Virus record (IMG/VR): IMGVR_UViG_3300027687_000008
Location: 1-61,489 of that record
Length of the DNA stretch: 61,489 bases
Source: a virus
Taxonomy: Duplodnaviria; Caudoviricetes
Strand: one strand, 5' to 3'
This document shows, one piece after another, positions 1-10,100 of this stretch (its first letter is position 1; each line of letters opens with the position of its first letter). Under the pieces are notes generated by a model, which worked only from the letters and a program-made list of their open reading frames with translations, had not been told where the DNA came from and made no database searches. The translations under genes were made by a program, and so were the position numbers.

Positions 1-2
1 AA

Positions 3-2588
3 GGATCAACTACAAGCGTAAGCGATCCAAGAGGATTTGATGCAGGCGATGCAGGTAAAGGTGCATTAGTTGACGGATCAGTTGTTGATCAAAATAGTGC
101 AAGTGCAAGCATGTTATTCCATAGTTGCACATTTATTACTCCGGGTGTAGATGCACTAACAATTACAAACGGTGTTAGAGTTGAATGGCTGAATAGTTTT
201 ACTTACTTTGCTAACAGAGGCATTTACATGTTACAGGGTTCTGGAAGAACAGCAAAGGATGGAACTACAGTCTACGGTGGCGAACTAAGAACTATTGCTA
301 GTGCAAACGTATATGGAAACAAAGGTATTGAAGCAGATGGTGCTAACTGTTTAGCATACATGGTTAATCATAACTTTGCGTATATTGGTTCAGGTAAAAA
401 TATTACTAACGACAATACAACAACTATACAAGTAAATGAAGTAACTGAATTAAACAATGCTACAGTTTATTTTACAGGACAAGATCAAAAAGGTAACTTT
501 AGAGTTGGAGATAAATTCTTAGTTGACTTAGAAAACGAAAGAACTAGCTTTGATATTGAAAGTATTTTTGCAACAAATTCACAAGTACAAATCCGTAATG
601 GAAATGATACTGTTACACTTAATCAAGGTGTAGTTGCATTAGATAATATTGTTGTACAAGGCAATGTAATTGAAGCAACAAAGTCAGCTATTAATTTTAA
701 TAGTGTAGGAAATATTGTATTCCAAGGAAATGTTATTGCACCAAGTGTTGATATAACAGGAAACTTGTCAGTTGGTGGAGCACTTAATACTATAGGAAAT
801 TCTCCAACAGACACTGTTGATTTTAATACAAACATTAGTCAAAACTTTGAGCCAGGATCAACTGAAGGATTAGTTTTAGGTACTGATGTAAAACGTTGGA
901 AAGAATTACATACAAAAACAGCAATAATTAATAGTATTACTATATCATCACAATCTATTGCTACTAACGAATCTAATGCAGATTTATATATTACTGCAAC
1001 AGGTACAGGTAAAGTTCGTGTAGAAAATTTAGAATTTAAAGATAATAAAATTATTGGTAAGTTTAGTCCGGAAGGCGAATTTATTGTTACTGATTATGAA
1101 CTATCAACACCATCTATTTTTAATGGTAATCAAGCATTTAAAACTCAGTTACCAAGATATACAACAGTGTTTGGTATTCCGGTATTAGGAACATCAACAG
1201 TTAGCGACCTTGCAATTAAACATGCGGCAAATATGTTAGCAAGTTATCTTGACAATGACTATAACGGTGTTGCAGATAACACAGCATTACTTGCAACATT
1301 CTCAAGCGGCTTATATGGTATTGTTGTATATGCTGATGCATCCGAAGAAACTTCATTAGCAAGTACATTTGGTTCGTTTTCAATAAACAGAACATTTGGT
1401 GTTTATCAAAGCGAAATGAATAGTTACTTAGGTGACGGAGTAAACAGTCAAAGAGATTTAGCAAGCGAAAAAATATTAAAAAATATGCTTATTCCTAGAA
1501 TAAGCGGATTGTATACTGCATTAAGTACAACTAGACCAAGCACACTTACAACAGCATTAGATTCAGCACGTGGCGGATATCAAGCAGGTGGTGTTGTAAA
1601 CTATAACTATCCAGCGTTTGCATGGTATACTGATGCTACTGGATTAAATTATAACGATTTATGTTATGAGTATTTGTACTTGTTAACAGCAACTATGGCA
1701 GGTAGTTTATCTTGGAGATCAGGAACTATTACTGCATTGTTTGATCATTACACAAGTAACTTATTATCAAATAACGATGCGGCAGGATTTTCAATAGCAA
1801 ATACTGCTTCGTTCTATTTGCCTATTACAAATAGTCCTTCAATTGATTATTGGACAAGTGTAACAAATAACCTAGGCGGAACAAATAGAGATGTTATACT
1901 TAAACCATCTGGAAATGTAACTATAAGTGCCACAAGTGATTTACAAGTTCCAAAAGGAACAACAGCTCAACGCCCTGCAATACAAGGCGGAATAAGGTAT
2001 AACACTACGTATGGAACACTAGAAGGACTAGAATCTGCTGGTAGTGTTTCCCTTGATGGTATTTACGATACCGATAGAGATACATATTTAAATCTAAGTA
2101 ATAACCAGTTTAACTTTGTTACAGCAGGTCAAACAAATCATACACTTAACGGAACATTAATTGAATCAACTGGATTTAGTAGTGATCATAAATTTAGTAT
2201 CGACGGTAATATAGTATCAAGTGATGAAGTAGACGGTACAAGTACACTTAGATCAAACGGTACTGGATACACTGAAATTGAAAATGTTAAATTTAGAAAC
2301 AGTGAACTTTGGAACTGGAGTAGTGATAACTTTACATTTAATTTAACTAACACTACCGGAAATGCTTTCTTAAAAATTGATAATACAAGCGGTATGGTTG
2401 TGCCACTTGGTACTACTGCACAGCGTCCTGCAGGACCAGAAGTAGGGCATACAAGGTACAATAAACAACTAGAATTCCTTGAAACTTGGAACGGATCTAA
2501 CTGGATTAATGCGGCTGGTGAAGTTGAAAGTATCGAAGCATCTGATGTTGAAGAATTAGCATACGTATTCAACCTTATACTAGACTAA
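3..2588 (+). CDS. Large tail fibre/virion structural protein, 5'-truncated by the window; paralogue of 2728..6444
   Basis: Frame is open from nt 3 (GSTTSVSDPRGFDAGDAGKGALVDGS...MLFHS), matching TDPRGFAAGDAGRGAYLDGS...MLFHS of the next ORF; two GTTAQRP motifs; beta-rich Thr/Asn/Gly composition. Confidence 0.75.
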   Translation, partial: GSTTSVSDPRGFDAGDAGKGALVDGSVVDQNSASASMLFHSCTFITPGVDALTITNGVRVEWLNSFTYFANRGIYMLQGSGRTAKDGTTVYGGELRTIASANVYGNKGIEADGANCLAYMVNHNFAYIGSGKNITNDNTTTIQVNEVTELNNATVYFTGQDQKGNFRVGDKFLVDLENERTSFDIESIFATNSQVQIRNGNDTVTLNQGVVALDNIVVQGNVIEATKSAINFNSVGNIVFQGNVIAPSVDITGNLSVGGALNTIGNSPTDTVDFNTNISQNFEPGSTEGLVLGTDVKRWKELHTKTAIINSITISSQSIATNESNADLYITATGTGKVRVENLEFKDNKIIGKFSPEGEFIVTDYELSTPSIFNGNQAFKTQLPRYTTVFGIPVLGTSTVSDLAIKHAANMLASYLDNDYNGVADNTALLATFSSGLYGIVVYADASEETSLASTFGSFSINRTFGVYQSEMNSYLGDGVNSQRDLASEKILKNMLIPRISGLYTALSTTRPSTLTTALDSARGGYQAGGVVNYNYPAFAWYTDATGLNYNDLCYEYLYLLTATMAGSLSWRSGTITALFDHYTSNLLSNNDAAGFSIANTASFYLPITNSPSIDYWTSVTNNLGGTNRDVILKPSGNVTISATSDLQVPKGTTAQRPAIQGGIRYNTTYGTLEGLESAGSVSLDGIYDTDRDTYLNLSNNQFNFVTAGQTNHTLNGTLIESTGFSSDHKFSIDGNIVSSDEVDGTSTLRSNGTGYTEIENVKFRNSELWNWSSDNFTFNLTNTTGNAFLKIDNTSGMVVPLGTTAQRPAGPEVGHTRYNKQLEFLETWNGSNWINAAGEVESIEASDVEELAYVFNLILD

Positions 2589-2600
2589 TTTCTTAATACG

Positions 2601-2608
2601 GATAAATA
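2601..2608 (+). promoter_or_regulatory. T4-type late promoter (GATAAATA)
   Basis: Matches the TATAAATA-like late consensus; intergenic, upstream of a virion gene. Confidence 0.65.
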
Positions 2609-2611
2609 ATA

Positions 2612-2727
2612 ATAACGCATCAACAAGGGTGGACCAACCCGATGCTGGACAAACTGTGGTTAGCCGGCAAAGAGTGAAAACTGTAAATTTGGCTAGAGGG
2701 ACAGGATCCCCGTATTGAGGAGAGAAG
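2612..2727 (+). ncRNA. Candidate structured 5' leader RNA
   Basis: GC-rich intergenic stretch with stems GCATC/GATGC, GGGT/ACCC, TAGCCGG/TTGGCTA with an inner AGT-GAAA-ACT GNRA hairpin, and GGGA/TCCC just before SD GAGGAG. Confidence 0.45.
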
Positions 2728-5700
2728 ATGGCAATTGGTCGCATATCGGGTCCTCTCTTAAAGGAAAACCTCCTACGTAATGGGACGGATTTAGCTTTTG
2801 AGACAGACCTATTATACTTAGATGTAACAAATCGTCGAATCGGTATTAAAACCACCAATCCACAATACGCACTAGACGTTGCAGGCGTTGCCCGAGTAAC
2901 AGATTTAGAAATTACAAATACTACTTTCCAAGTTGGAAACGTAACTATTAATGGTGCAACAAGCACTATATCAACTTCCGCACAAGAATTTGCTATTGCA
3001 ACTGCTGACAATACTATTGTTGGTAATAGAGTTGTTGTAGGCGATTTAGAACTTAATAACAACTTTATTGAAAATACAAATACAAACGATGATTTGTTTA
3101 TCCGTGCTAACGGCACTGGAGTTATTAACATTGTAGGTAACACAACTGTTACTGGTAATTTACACGCTACAGGAAATATTAGTGCCGACGGAAATATTAC
3201 AATTGGTGATAGTGACACTGACAATATTTTTATTAATGCAGACATTGCAAGTGATATTATGCCTGATGTGCATAACACTTATAACATTGGTACTGCAACA
3301 AAACGTTGGGCAACAGGTAACTTTGCTAACGTAACAACAAACACACTAACAACAAATGACCTAGATTTTGGTGCTATTGATTTGATCAGTATACCAGGAA
3401 ATATTATATATGTAGCAACTAACGGTAGTGATGCTAGAACAGGTACACACCCACAAGATCCAGTTGCAACTATTGCAAAAGGTTTAGAACTTGCTGGCTT
3501 ACATGATACAGTTTACATTTATCCAGGACAATACCAAGAAGCATTTCCATTAGCAGTTCCAACAGGTGTTACAATAAGAGGACACAGTTTACGTGCAGTT
3601 GAAATTTCACCAACAAGTGGAACACAAAGCAACGATGTATTTTTAATGCAAGGCGACACAGCAGTTGAAGATGTTACAATTAAAGATTTTTATTATAATG
3701 CTGGAGCAGTAACAGGACACGCTTTCCGTTTTGCAAACAACTTTAGAGTTTACGAAAGATCACCTTATATTAGAAACGTAAGTGTTATTACAAAAGGTAC
3801 TACTGTTTCCAACACAGATCCAAGAGGCTTTGCGGCCGGCGATGCAGGACGTGGCGCATATTTAGACGGAAGTGTTGCTCATCCTGATTCAAGAGAAGCG
3901 GCGATGTTATTCCACAGTGTAACATTTATTACGCCAAATGCAAGTGGATTAAAAGTTACTAATGGTGCAAGAGTAGAATGGCTAAATTGTTTTACATATT
4001 TTGCAGACAAAGGTATTGAAATACTTGAAGGCGCAACTGGTCTTAAAGGTGATGGTAAAACAAGAATTAAGTACAGCGGCCTAGCAGGAACAACACCTGC
4101 CGCAGGACAAACAATTACATTAAAAGATGCTGACGGAACACAACTAGCACAATCAACTATTGAAAGTGTAGGAACAAACGAAGTTATTATTGACGGTAGA
4201 GCAAACGGATTTATTACCCCATTAAGTAGAGCTAAGAAAACTGTTACAGCAGTAGGCAATGCACAAATAGTTACAACAGGTGCTGTTAAGTATGGTACTG
4301 GTATGGGATTATTTGACGGTACTGACGACAGATTTACATTAACAACAGCAAGTGATTTTGGATTTGGAACTGGTGACTTTAGTGTTGAATGTGTAATTTA
4401 TATTGCAGACGATACTGGAACTGAAAGTAAATTTGATTTTAGAGCAGGATCAGATACAGATAACGCATTACATTTTTATACAGTTGATAGGAAGCCTAAA
4501 GTATACATTGGTAATACTGAAATAATGGCTCCTGATGTTACGTTAATTAATACTACTTACTATCATATCATGGTATCAAGAGTAGGCACTACAATTAAAT
4601 TATTTATAGACGGTGCAGTACAAGCAACAACATCTAATAATACTAACTTAGGAACAACAAAGCCATTAATAATTGGTAACAATTATGCAGGTACACAGGG
4701 ATTTGATGGACGTATTGATGACTTTAGAGTTAGAAAAAGTATTGGTGTAACAAATGCATTTAGTAACCCAACAGCACCTACAGCAGTTGATCAGTATACA
4801 GTTTTAAAATTAGACTTTAACGGTGATAACGGATCACAAATTTTAGTAGACGATGATACATTTATTCAAGACATTGATTTTAGTGCAGGCGGCACAGCAA
4901 CAGGTTTAACATTAATTGATCATTCAGACTTTGGCGGAGAAATTAGAAGTATTGCAAGTGCAAGTGTTTACGGTAACTATGGTATTCATGGCACAGGAAG
5001 CGGATCAGTTGTTTATGCAATTGGTATGAACCTTGCTTATATTGGTACAGGTAAAGATGTAACTAACGACAATACAGCAGTTATACAAGCAAACGAAGTA
5101 GTTGCTAATAGTGATGCAAACGTTTACTTTAGCACAGTTGATCATAAAGGCGACTTTAGAGTTGGAGATTTATTTAGAATTAATCAAGAAACAGGCGAAG
5201 TAACATTTACTAACGCAGAATTCTTGTTTAACAATAACCAAGGTATTACATTTACTGATGGTACAAGTACAACTATTATTGACGGAACAAAAATTGAAAG
5301 CGGAAATATTAGAATTAGCGGAAATACTATTAGTAGTACGAGCGGCGACATTAATATTAATAGTTCAACAAGTACAGTTAATTTACAAGACAATGTTAAC
5401 ATTACAGGTAACTTAGATGTTACTGGCAATGTAACAGTTGGCGGCAACATCACACTTGGTGACGAAGACACCGACACAATTAATATTAATGCTAGAATTG
5501 ATAGTGATATTATACCCAATCTTGATGACACATACAAACTAGGTACTACTTTATTAAACTGGTCAGAAGCAAATATTGGTAAAGTTTACGTTGACGATAT
5601 TATCATTGACAACGATACTATTACTACAACTGCAAGTAACGGCGATATTAATATTACAACTAACGGTGTTGGTCAAGTTATTATTGACAACATTGAACTT

Positions 5701-6444
5701 AGTGGAAATACTGTTGCTAACCCAGGTGGTGATATTGTATTAGATCCGAGTAGTCAAACTGTTAAAATTGACGGTACAGGATCATTAACATTACCTAAGG
5801 GTACAACAGCACAACGTCCAGGATCACCAATAGCAGGTATGCTACGTTATAATACAACTACAAGCGTATTTGAAGCATATACTACTGATTGGAATACACT
5901 AGGTGGTGTATACGATCTTGATAGAGATACTTATATTACACCAGAAATAACACCAGGTGCAGATGACGATACATTACGCTTTTATGCTGGTGGATCACTT
6001 GTAGCTGACGTTACTTCACAAAGATTTGATGCAAAACGGTTAGAAGTTGATGATATTGCTGTACACGGTAGTATATTAGAAACAATTACAACTAATCAAA
6101 ACTTGCTTTTACGTGCAAATGGAAGTGGTTATGTTGCTGTTGAAAACTTTAGTTTTAACGGAAATCAGATAACTAATACTATAGATGGTGCTGTTACTAC
6201 ATTAAAGCAACAAGGTACAGGTTACTTTAAAGTTGATGGTACAGGCGGATTTGTTATTCCAGTTGGTAATAACGCAAACAGACATCCAAGTCCCGAACTA
6301 GGAATGATGCGTTATAACACTGTTGAAGATAGAGTTGAAATATACGATATTGGAAATAACTGGGTTTCAGTTGCAGGTGCCACTGGTGCTGTAACGTTTA
6401 ATGATGCAGAGGAAATTGCGATTAAACTTGCATTAACAATTTAG
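2728..6444 (+). CDS. Tail fibre/baseplate-associated protein with beta-helix and LamG (ConA-like) domain
   Basis: RRIGIKTTNPQYALDV fibre motif; IIYVATNGSD...YIYPGQYQE pectin-lyase-like cap; LamG-like FGTGDFSVECVIY...YHIMVSR...FDGRIDDFRV; GTTAQRP motif; strong SD. Confidence 0.75.
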   Translation: MAIGRISGPLLKENLLRNGTDLAFETDLLYLDVTNRRIGIKTTNPQYALDVAGVARVTDLEITNTTFQVGNVTINGATSTISTSAQEFAIATADNTIVGNRVVVGDLELNNNFIENTNTNDDLFIRANGTGVINIVGNTTVTGNLHATGNISADGNITIGDSDTDNIFINADIASDIMPDVHNTYNIGTATKRWATGNFANVTTNTLTTNDLDFGAIDLISIPGNIIYVATNGSDARTGTHPQDPVATIAKGLELAGLHDTVYIYPGQYQEAFPLAVPTGVTIRGHSLRAVEISPTSGTQSNDVFLMQGDTAVEDVTIKDFYYNAGAVTGHAFRFANNFRVYERSPYIRNVSVITKGTTVSNTDPRGFAAGDAGRGAYLDGSVAHPDSREAAMLFHSVTFITPNASGLKVTNGARVEWLNCFTYFADKGIEILEGATGLKGDGKTRIKYSGLAGTTPAAGQTITLKDADGTQLAQSTIESVGTNEVIIDGRANGFITPLSRAKKTVTAVGNAQIVTTGAVKYGTGMGLFDGTDDRFTLTTASDFGFGTGDFSVECVIYIADDTGTESKFDFRAGSDTDNALHFYTVDRKPKVYIGNTEIMAPDVTLINTTYYHIMVSRVGTTIKLFIDGAVQATTSNNTNLGTTKPLIIGNNYAGTQGFDGRIDDFRVRKSIGVTNAFSNPTAPTAVDQYTVLKLDFNGDNGSQILVDDDTFIQDIDFSAGGTATGLTLIDHSDFGGEIRSIASASVYGNYGIHGTGSGSVVYAIGMNLAYIGTGKDVTNDNTAVIQANEVVANSDANVYFSTVDHKGDFRVGDLFRINQETGEVTFTNAEFLFNNNQGITFTDGTSTTIIDGTKIESGNIRISGNTISSTSGDININSSTSTVNLQDNVNITGNLDVTGNVTVGGNITLGDEDTDTININARIDSDIIPNLDDTYKLGTTLLNWSEANIGKVYVDDIIIDNDTITTTASNGDINITTNGVGQVIIDNIELSGNTVANPGGDIVLDPSSQTVKIDGTGSLTLPKGTTAQRPGSPIAGMLRYNTTTSVFEAYTTDWNTLGGVYDLDRDTYITPEITPGADDDTLRFYAGGSLVADVTSQRFDAKRLEVDDIAVHGSILETITTNQNLLLRANGSGYVAVENFSFNGNQITNTIDGAVTTLKQQGTGYFKVDGTGGFVIPVGNNANRHPSPELGMMRYNTVEDRVEIYDIGNNWVSVAGATGAVTFNDAEEIAIKLALTI

Positions 6445-6453
6445 GAAAGAAAT

Positions 6454-6783
6454 ATGGCAACTAATTTTAAAAATATTATAGGAAAACAAATTGGTACTGA
6501 AAGAGTAGCAGTGTACACAACACCAGCGGCAACTAGTGCAACAGTTATTGGTATGAACATTGCTAACTTAACAGGAAGTATGGTAAGTGTTGATATTGAA
6601 ATTGGAGACGAAGCAAGTTCCATTGGATATATGATTAAGGGAATGCCTATTCCTCCAAGTACTGCAATGAAGCCAATTGGTAAAGGTGAAAAAATTGTCC
6701 TTGATGCAACTAATACGTTGTATGTTAGATCGGACACAACTGAGTCACTTGATGTGATTCTTAGCTTAGTGGAGATAGTATAA
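6454..6783 (+). CDS. Small virion protein, paralogue of 17663..17989
   Basis: VYTTPAATSATVIGMNIAN resembles IYTVPADTYSVVTVNFCN; SD AGGA; lies in the structural operon. Confidence 0.6.
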   Translation: MATNFKNIIGKQIGTERVAVYTTPAATSATVIGMNIANLTGSMVSVDIEIGDEASSIGYMIKGMPIPPSTAMKPIGKGEKIVLDATNTLYVRSDTTESLDVILSLVEIV

Positions 6784-7142
6784 TGAGTGATGGTAGCTTA
6801 GGACAAAGTCTTTCAGATATGGTTAACCAAACCGACACAAGGTATTTTTACGGATTACGTAGAACAACCGAAGGTGAACTATTTATTGGTAAAGTTGATC
6901 AATTAAAAAGTCATGATAGTATTGCAATTAATGGCGAAGGCGACCCTGCAGAAAATTACGAAGATTTCCAACAAGGTGAAGACTTTCTTGAAGGTAGAGA
7001 TGTAAACCATAAAAGGGTTTACCTAAATTTAAACTACGAGCAGTTTAGATGGGATAATAGAAACATTAGTTACTATATTGATGATAGCGGAAATTTAGTA
7101 GCACGAATTAATGAGGATTATACATACCCAACTGGAGTATGA
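6783..7142 (+). CDS. Hypothetical virion-associated protein
   Basis: 119-aa ORF coupled to the upstream gene by TAATG. Confidence 0.6.
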   Translation: MSDGSLGQSLSDMVNQTDTRYFYGLRRTTEGELFIGKVDQLKSHDSIAINGEGDPAENYEDFQQGEDFLEGRDVNHKRVYLNLNYEQFRWDNRNISYYIDDSGNLVARINEDYTYPTGV

Positions 7143-7149
7143 ATAAATA
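7142..7149 (+). promoter_or_regulatory. Late promoter (AATAAATA)
   Basis: Late-type motif shortly upstream of ATG 7167. Confidence 0.55.
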
Positions 7150-7166
7150 CGTAAAAGGTAAAGAAA

Positions 7167-10100
7167 ATGGCAGAATTTAAACTTAGTAGAATTAGATTTA
7201 ACTGGAAGGGTGCTTGGGCCGGTGGTAGTGATTATATCGTTGATGATATGATTGAATACCAAGGTTTTACGTATGTGGCATTAAAAACACATACAGGAGG
7301 AACTTTCTATAATGATGTTGCAGGTACAGATGTTACACCAGCTGAACCAAAATGGATTAAACAATCCGAAGGTAAAGTTTGGAAAAACACTTGGACTGTA
7401 GGCACACATTATTCTATAGGTAACATTGTTAAGTATGGTGCTAGTATTTACGAATGTACTGAATCACATACATCTGCCGCTACGTTTACTTCAGGAACAG
7501 ACGGACTAGTTGCTGACATTGGAAAATGGACATTAGTTGCTGTTTCGTCCGCTGACTGGAAATACAACTGGACTATTAATACATTATATAGAACAAATGA
7601 TCTTGTACGTTATAACGGTAAAGTTTATAAAGCAACTAATCAGCACGTTTCTGCCGCAACTACGCTATTAGGACTTGAAGCTAACCAAGCTGACTGGACT
7701 GTACTATCAGACAGTGATACTTGGAGAGCTACATGGTCAATTGGTACACGATATCGTGTTAATGATATTGTTAGGTACGGTGGTATTGTTTACCAATGTG
7801 CTCAAGGACATACATCAGCAGATTCAATTGCACTTGGCCTAGAAGAAGATCAAGCTAAGTGGGCAGTACAACTAGACGGTATTGAATATGTAACTAAAGT
7901 TTATGTTAATGAACAATCAGGTGCAGAAACTATTCAAGGCATTTGGCAAGCAGGTTATAGATATAAGAAAAACGATATTGTAAAACGTGGTGCAAACTTA
8001 ATGAAGTGTCTAGCTGGACATACTTCAACAACAGGTTCAGCAGGATTTAATACTGATTACGGAACAAGTAAATGGGCAATATATTTGCCAGGTTCAGAAT
8101 ATGAAAATGTTTGGGCAGATAACGTTTACTACCAACCAGGCGATACTGTATTATACGGTGGTTACATTTATAAAGCAGTTACATTTAATACAGCGTTAAA
8201 CCCAAGTTTATATGCAACTGACTGGAATGTTACATTTGAAGGATATAAGTTTAGAGATGACTGGAACGGCGAAGATGGTGCAAGTTCGTTTGTAGATTAT
8301 AAAACAGGCGATCTAATACGTTATTCAGGAAACTTATATATTGCTATTCAAGATAATACAAACTTACAACCTGATGCGTGGCCAGCATATTGGGAATTAG
8401 TTATTGACGGAAGACAATGGCGTGATTACTGGGAAGATAACATTGAGTACTTTAAAGGTGATATGGTTAACTGGGAAGGCTCTACATATACTTGTCTAGC
8501 ATATCATCGTTCAACAGAATCAGCATCAAGACCAGATTTAGATGTAGAACAACCAGATCAAAACTACTGGAAAATTGCAGTACTTGGTACATTAACTAAC
8601 AAGTTAGCAAGAAAAGGTGACTTAAAAACTTTCCAAGATCAAGATTCAACAGCAATTGACACATTACGTTTACCAATTGGTGCATTTGGTCAAGCATTAA
8701 GATCAACTACTGGTATGCCGGATTGGGATACATTAGACTTACAAGCAAAATTATATTATGTTTCACTTAACGGAGTTGATGATGCAACAGGTGGTGGCTC
8801 ATTAAACGCTCCATTTAGAACTGTTGGATTTGCAATGAGTTACTTATTAGCAGATGAACCTAATAGAGTTGGTGAACACGCAAAAGTCCAAGTTATGTCA
8901 GGCGAATTTGCTGAAATACTTCCAATTAGTATTCCAAGTAAAGTTGCACTAGTAGGCGCAGAACTTAGAACAACTACAATTAGACCAGCAGTACCTACTG
9001 AAGATGTTGTATTAGGTGAAAAAACTTATTTAAACGGTGTACCACAAACACAGATACCATTAATTATTCCATCAGCTAACAGTTTATCAAATATGTTCTA
9101 TGTTAGAAATGGTTGCGGAATTCGAAACTGTACACTAAAAGGATTAACAGGAACACTAGTAGGACCAAATGATTACGGAACAAGCCGTCCAACAGGCGGA
9201 GCATTTGTTTCATTAGATCCAGGTACTGGCCCAGACGATACAAGTGTTTGGATTGCAAACGTAAACAACATGGAATACACACCAACAACTGGTACTTATG
9301 CACCAGCATCAGGTGTAATGACATTGACTCTTCCAACTGCACAATATACACCAGTAGATGGAACAACTTATAATCCATCAACGGGCCAAATGGTATTAGC
9401 ATTTGCGACAGCACACGGATTAGCTGTAGGAGAAGAAATTAGCTTTGCAAATAATAGTTTAACATTTACATGTGCAAAAGACAACTTTGATAGTAATCAT
9501 ACGTACCCAAGAGTTACAGATCCAGCATACGGAGAAAAACGTAAAGTTGTTGCCAAAACAGATAAAACAATTACTGTAAATGTTGGCGTTAACCCAGACG
9601 GTGTTTATGAACATAGATTTATAAGTTCTAGCAATAATTCAATAAGCTGGGCTCATAATATTAAAATTGGAAACACAATTACTATTGATTCAGGAAGTTT
9701 AGTTTGGACTTGTGCAATGGACAGCCATGCAACAGATCATCCTTATCCAAGAACAACAGATCCGTACTACAATAAGAATATTTTAATTACAAATGTAAGT
9801 GGTAATGTTATTACAATGAATATTGGAATAAGTTCTAACACTTCTGCACATTTATTTAAAAGTGCAACAGCAGGTGCTGTTAACTTAAAAAGAATTGCAG
9901 GCGGTAAATCAACATATGTACAAGGTGTTACTACAATTGGTAATAACTGTATTGGAATGAAAATTGACGGTGCATTACACAACGGTGGTAATAAATCAAT
10001 CGTTGCTAACGACTTTACACAAGTACTAAGTGACGGCATTGGCTACTGGGCTACAAATAGAGGACGTTCAGAGCTAGTTAGTGTGTTTACATATTATGCA

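Noticed and set aside
2646-2716. c-di-GMP-I riboswitch or hammerhead ribozyme
   Set aside because: Has GGCAAA and a GAAA tetraloop but not the expected stem arrangement; no CUGANGA core; kept only as an unknown structured leader
2580-3278. 232-aa minus-strand ORF and many similar antisense ORFs (e.g. 17198..17650, 34959..35396, 49926..50420, 54656..55171)
   Set aside because: Shadow frames of long genes with biased codon usage; no SD, promoter or recognisable motifs
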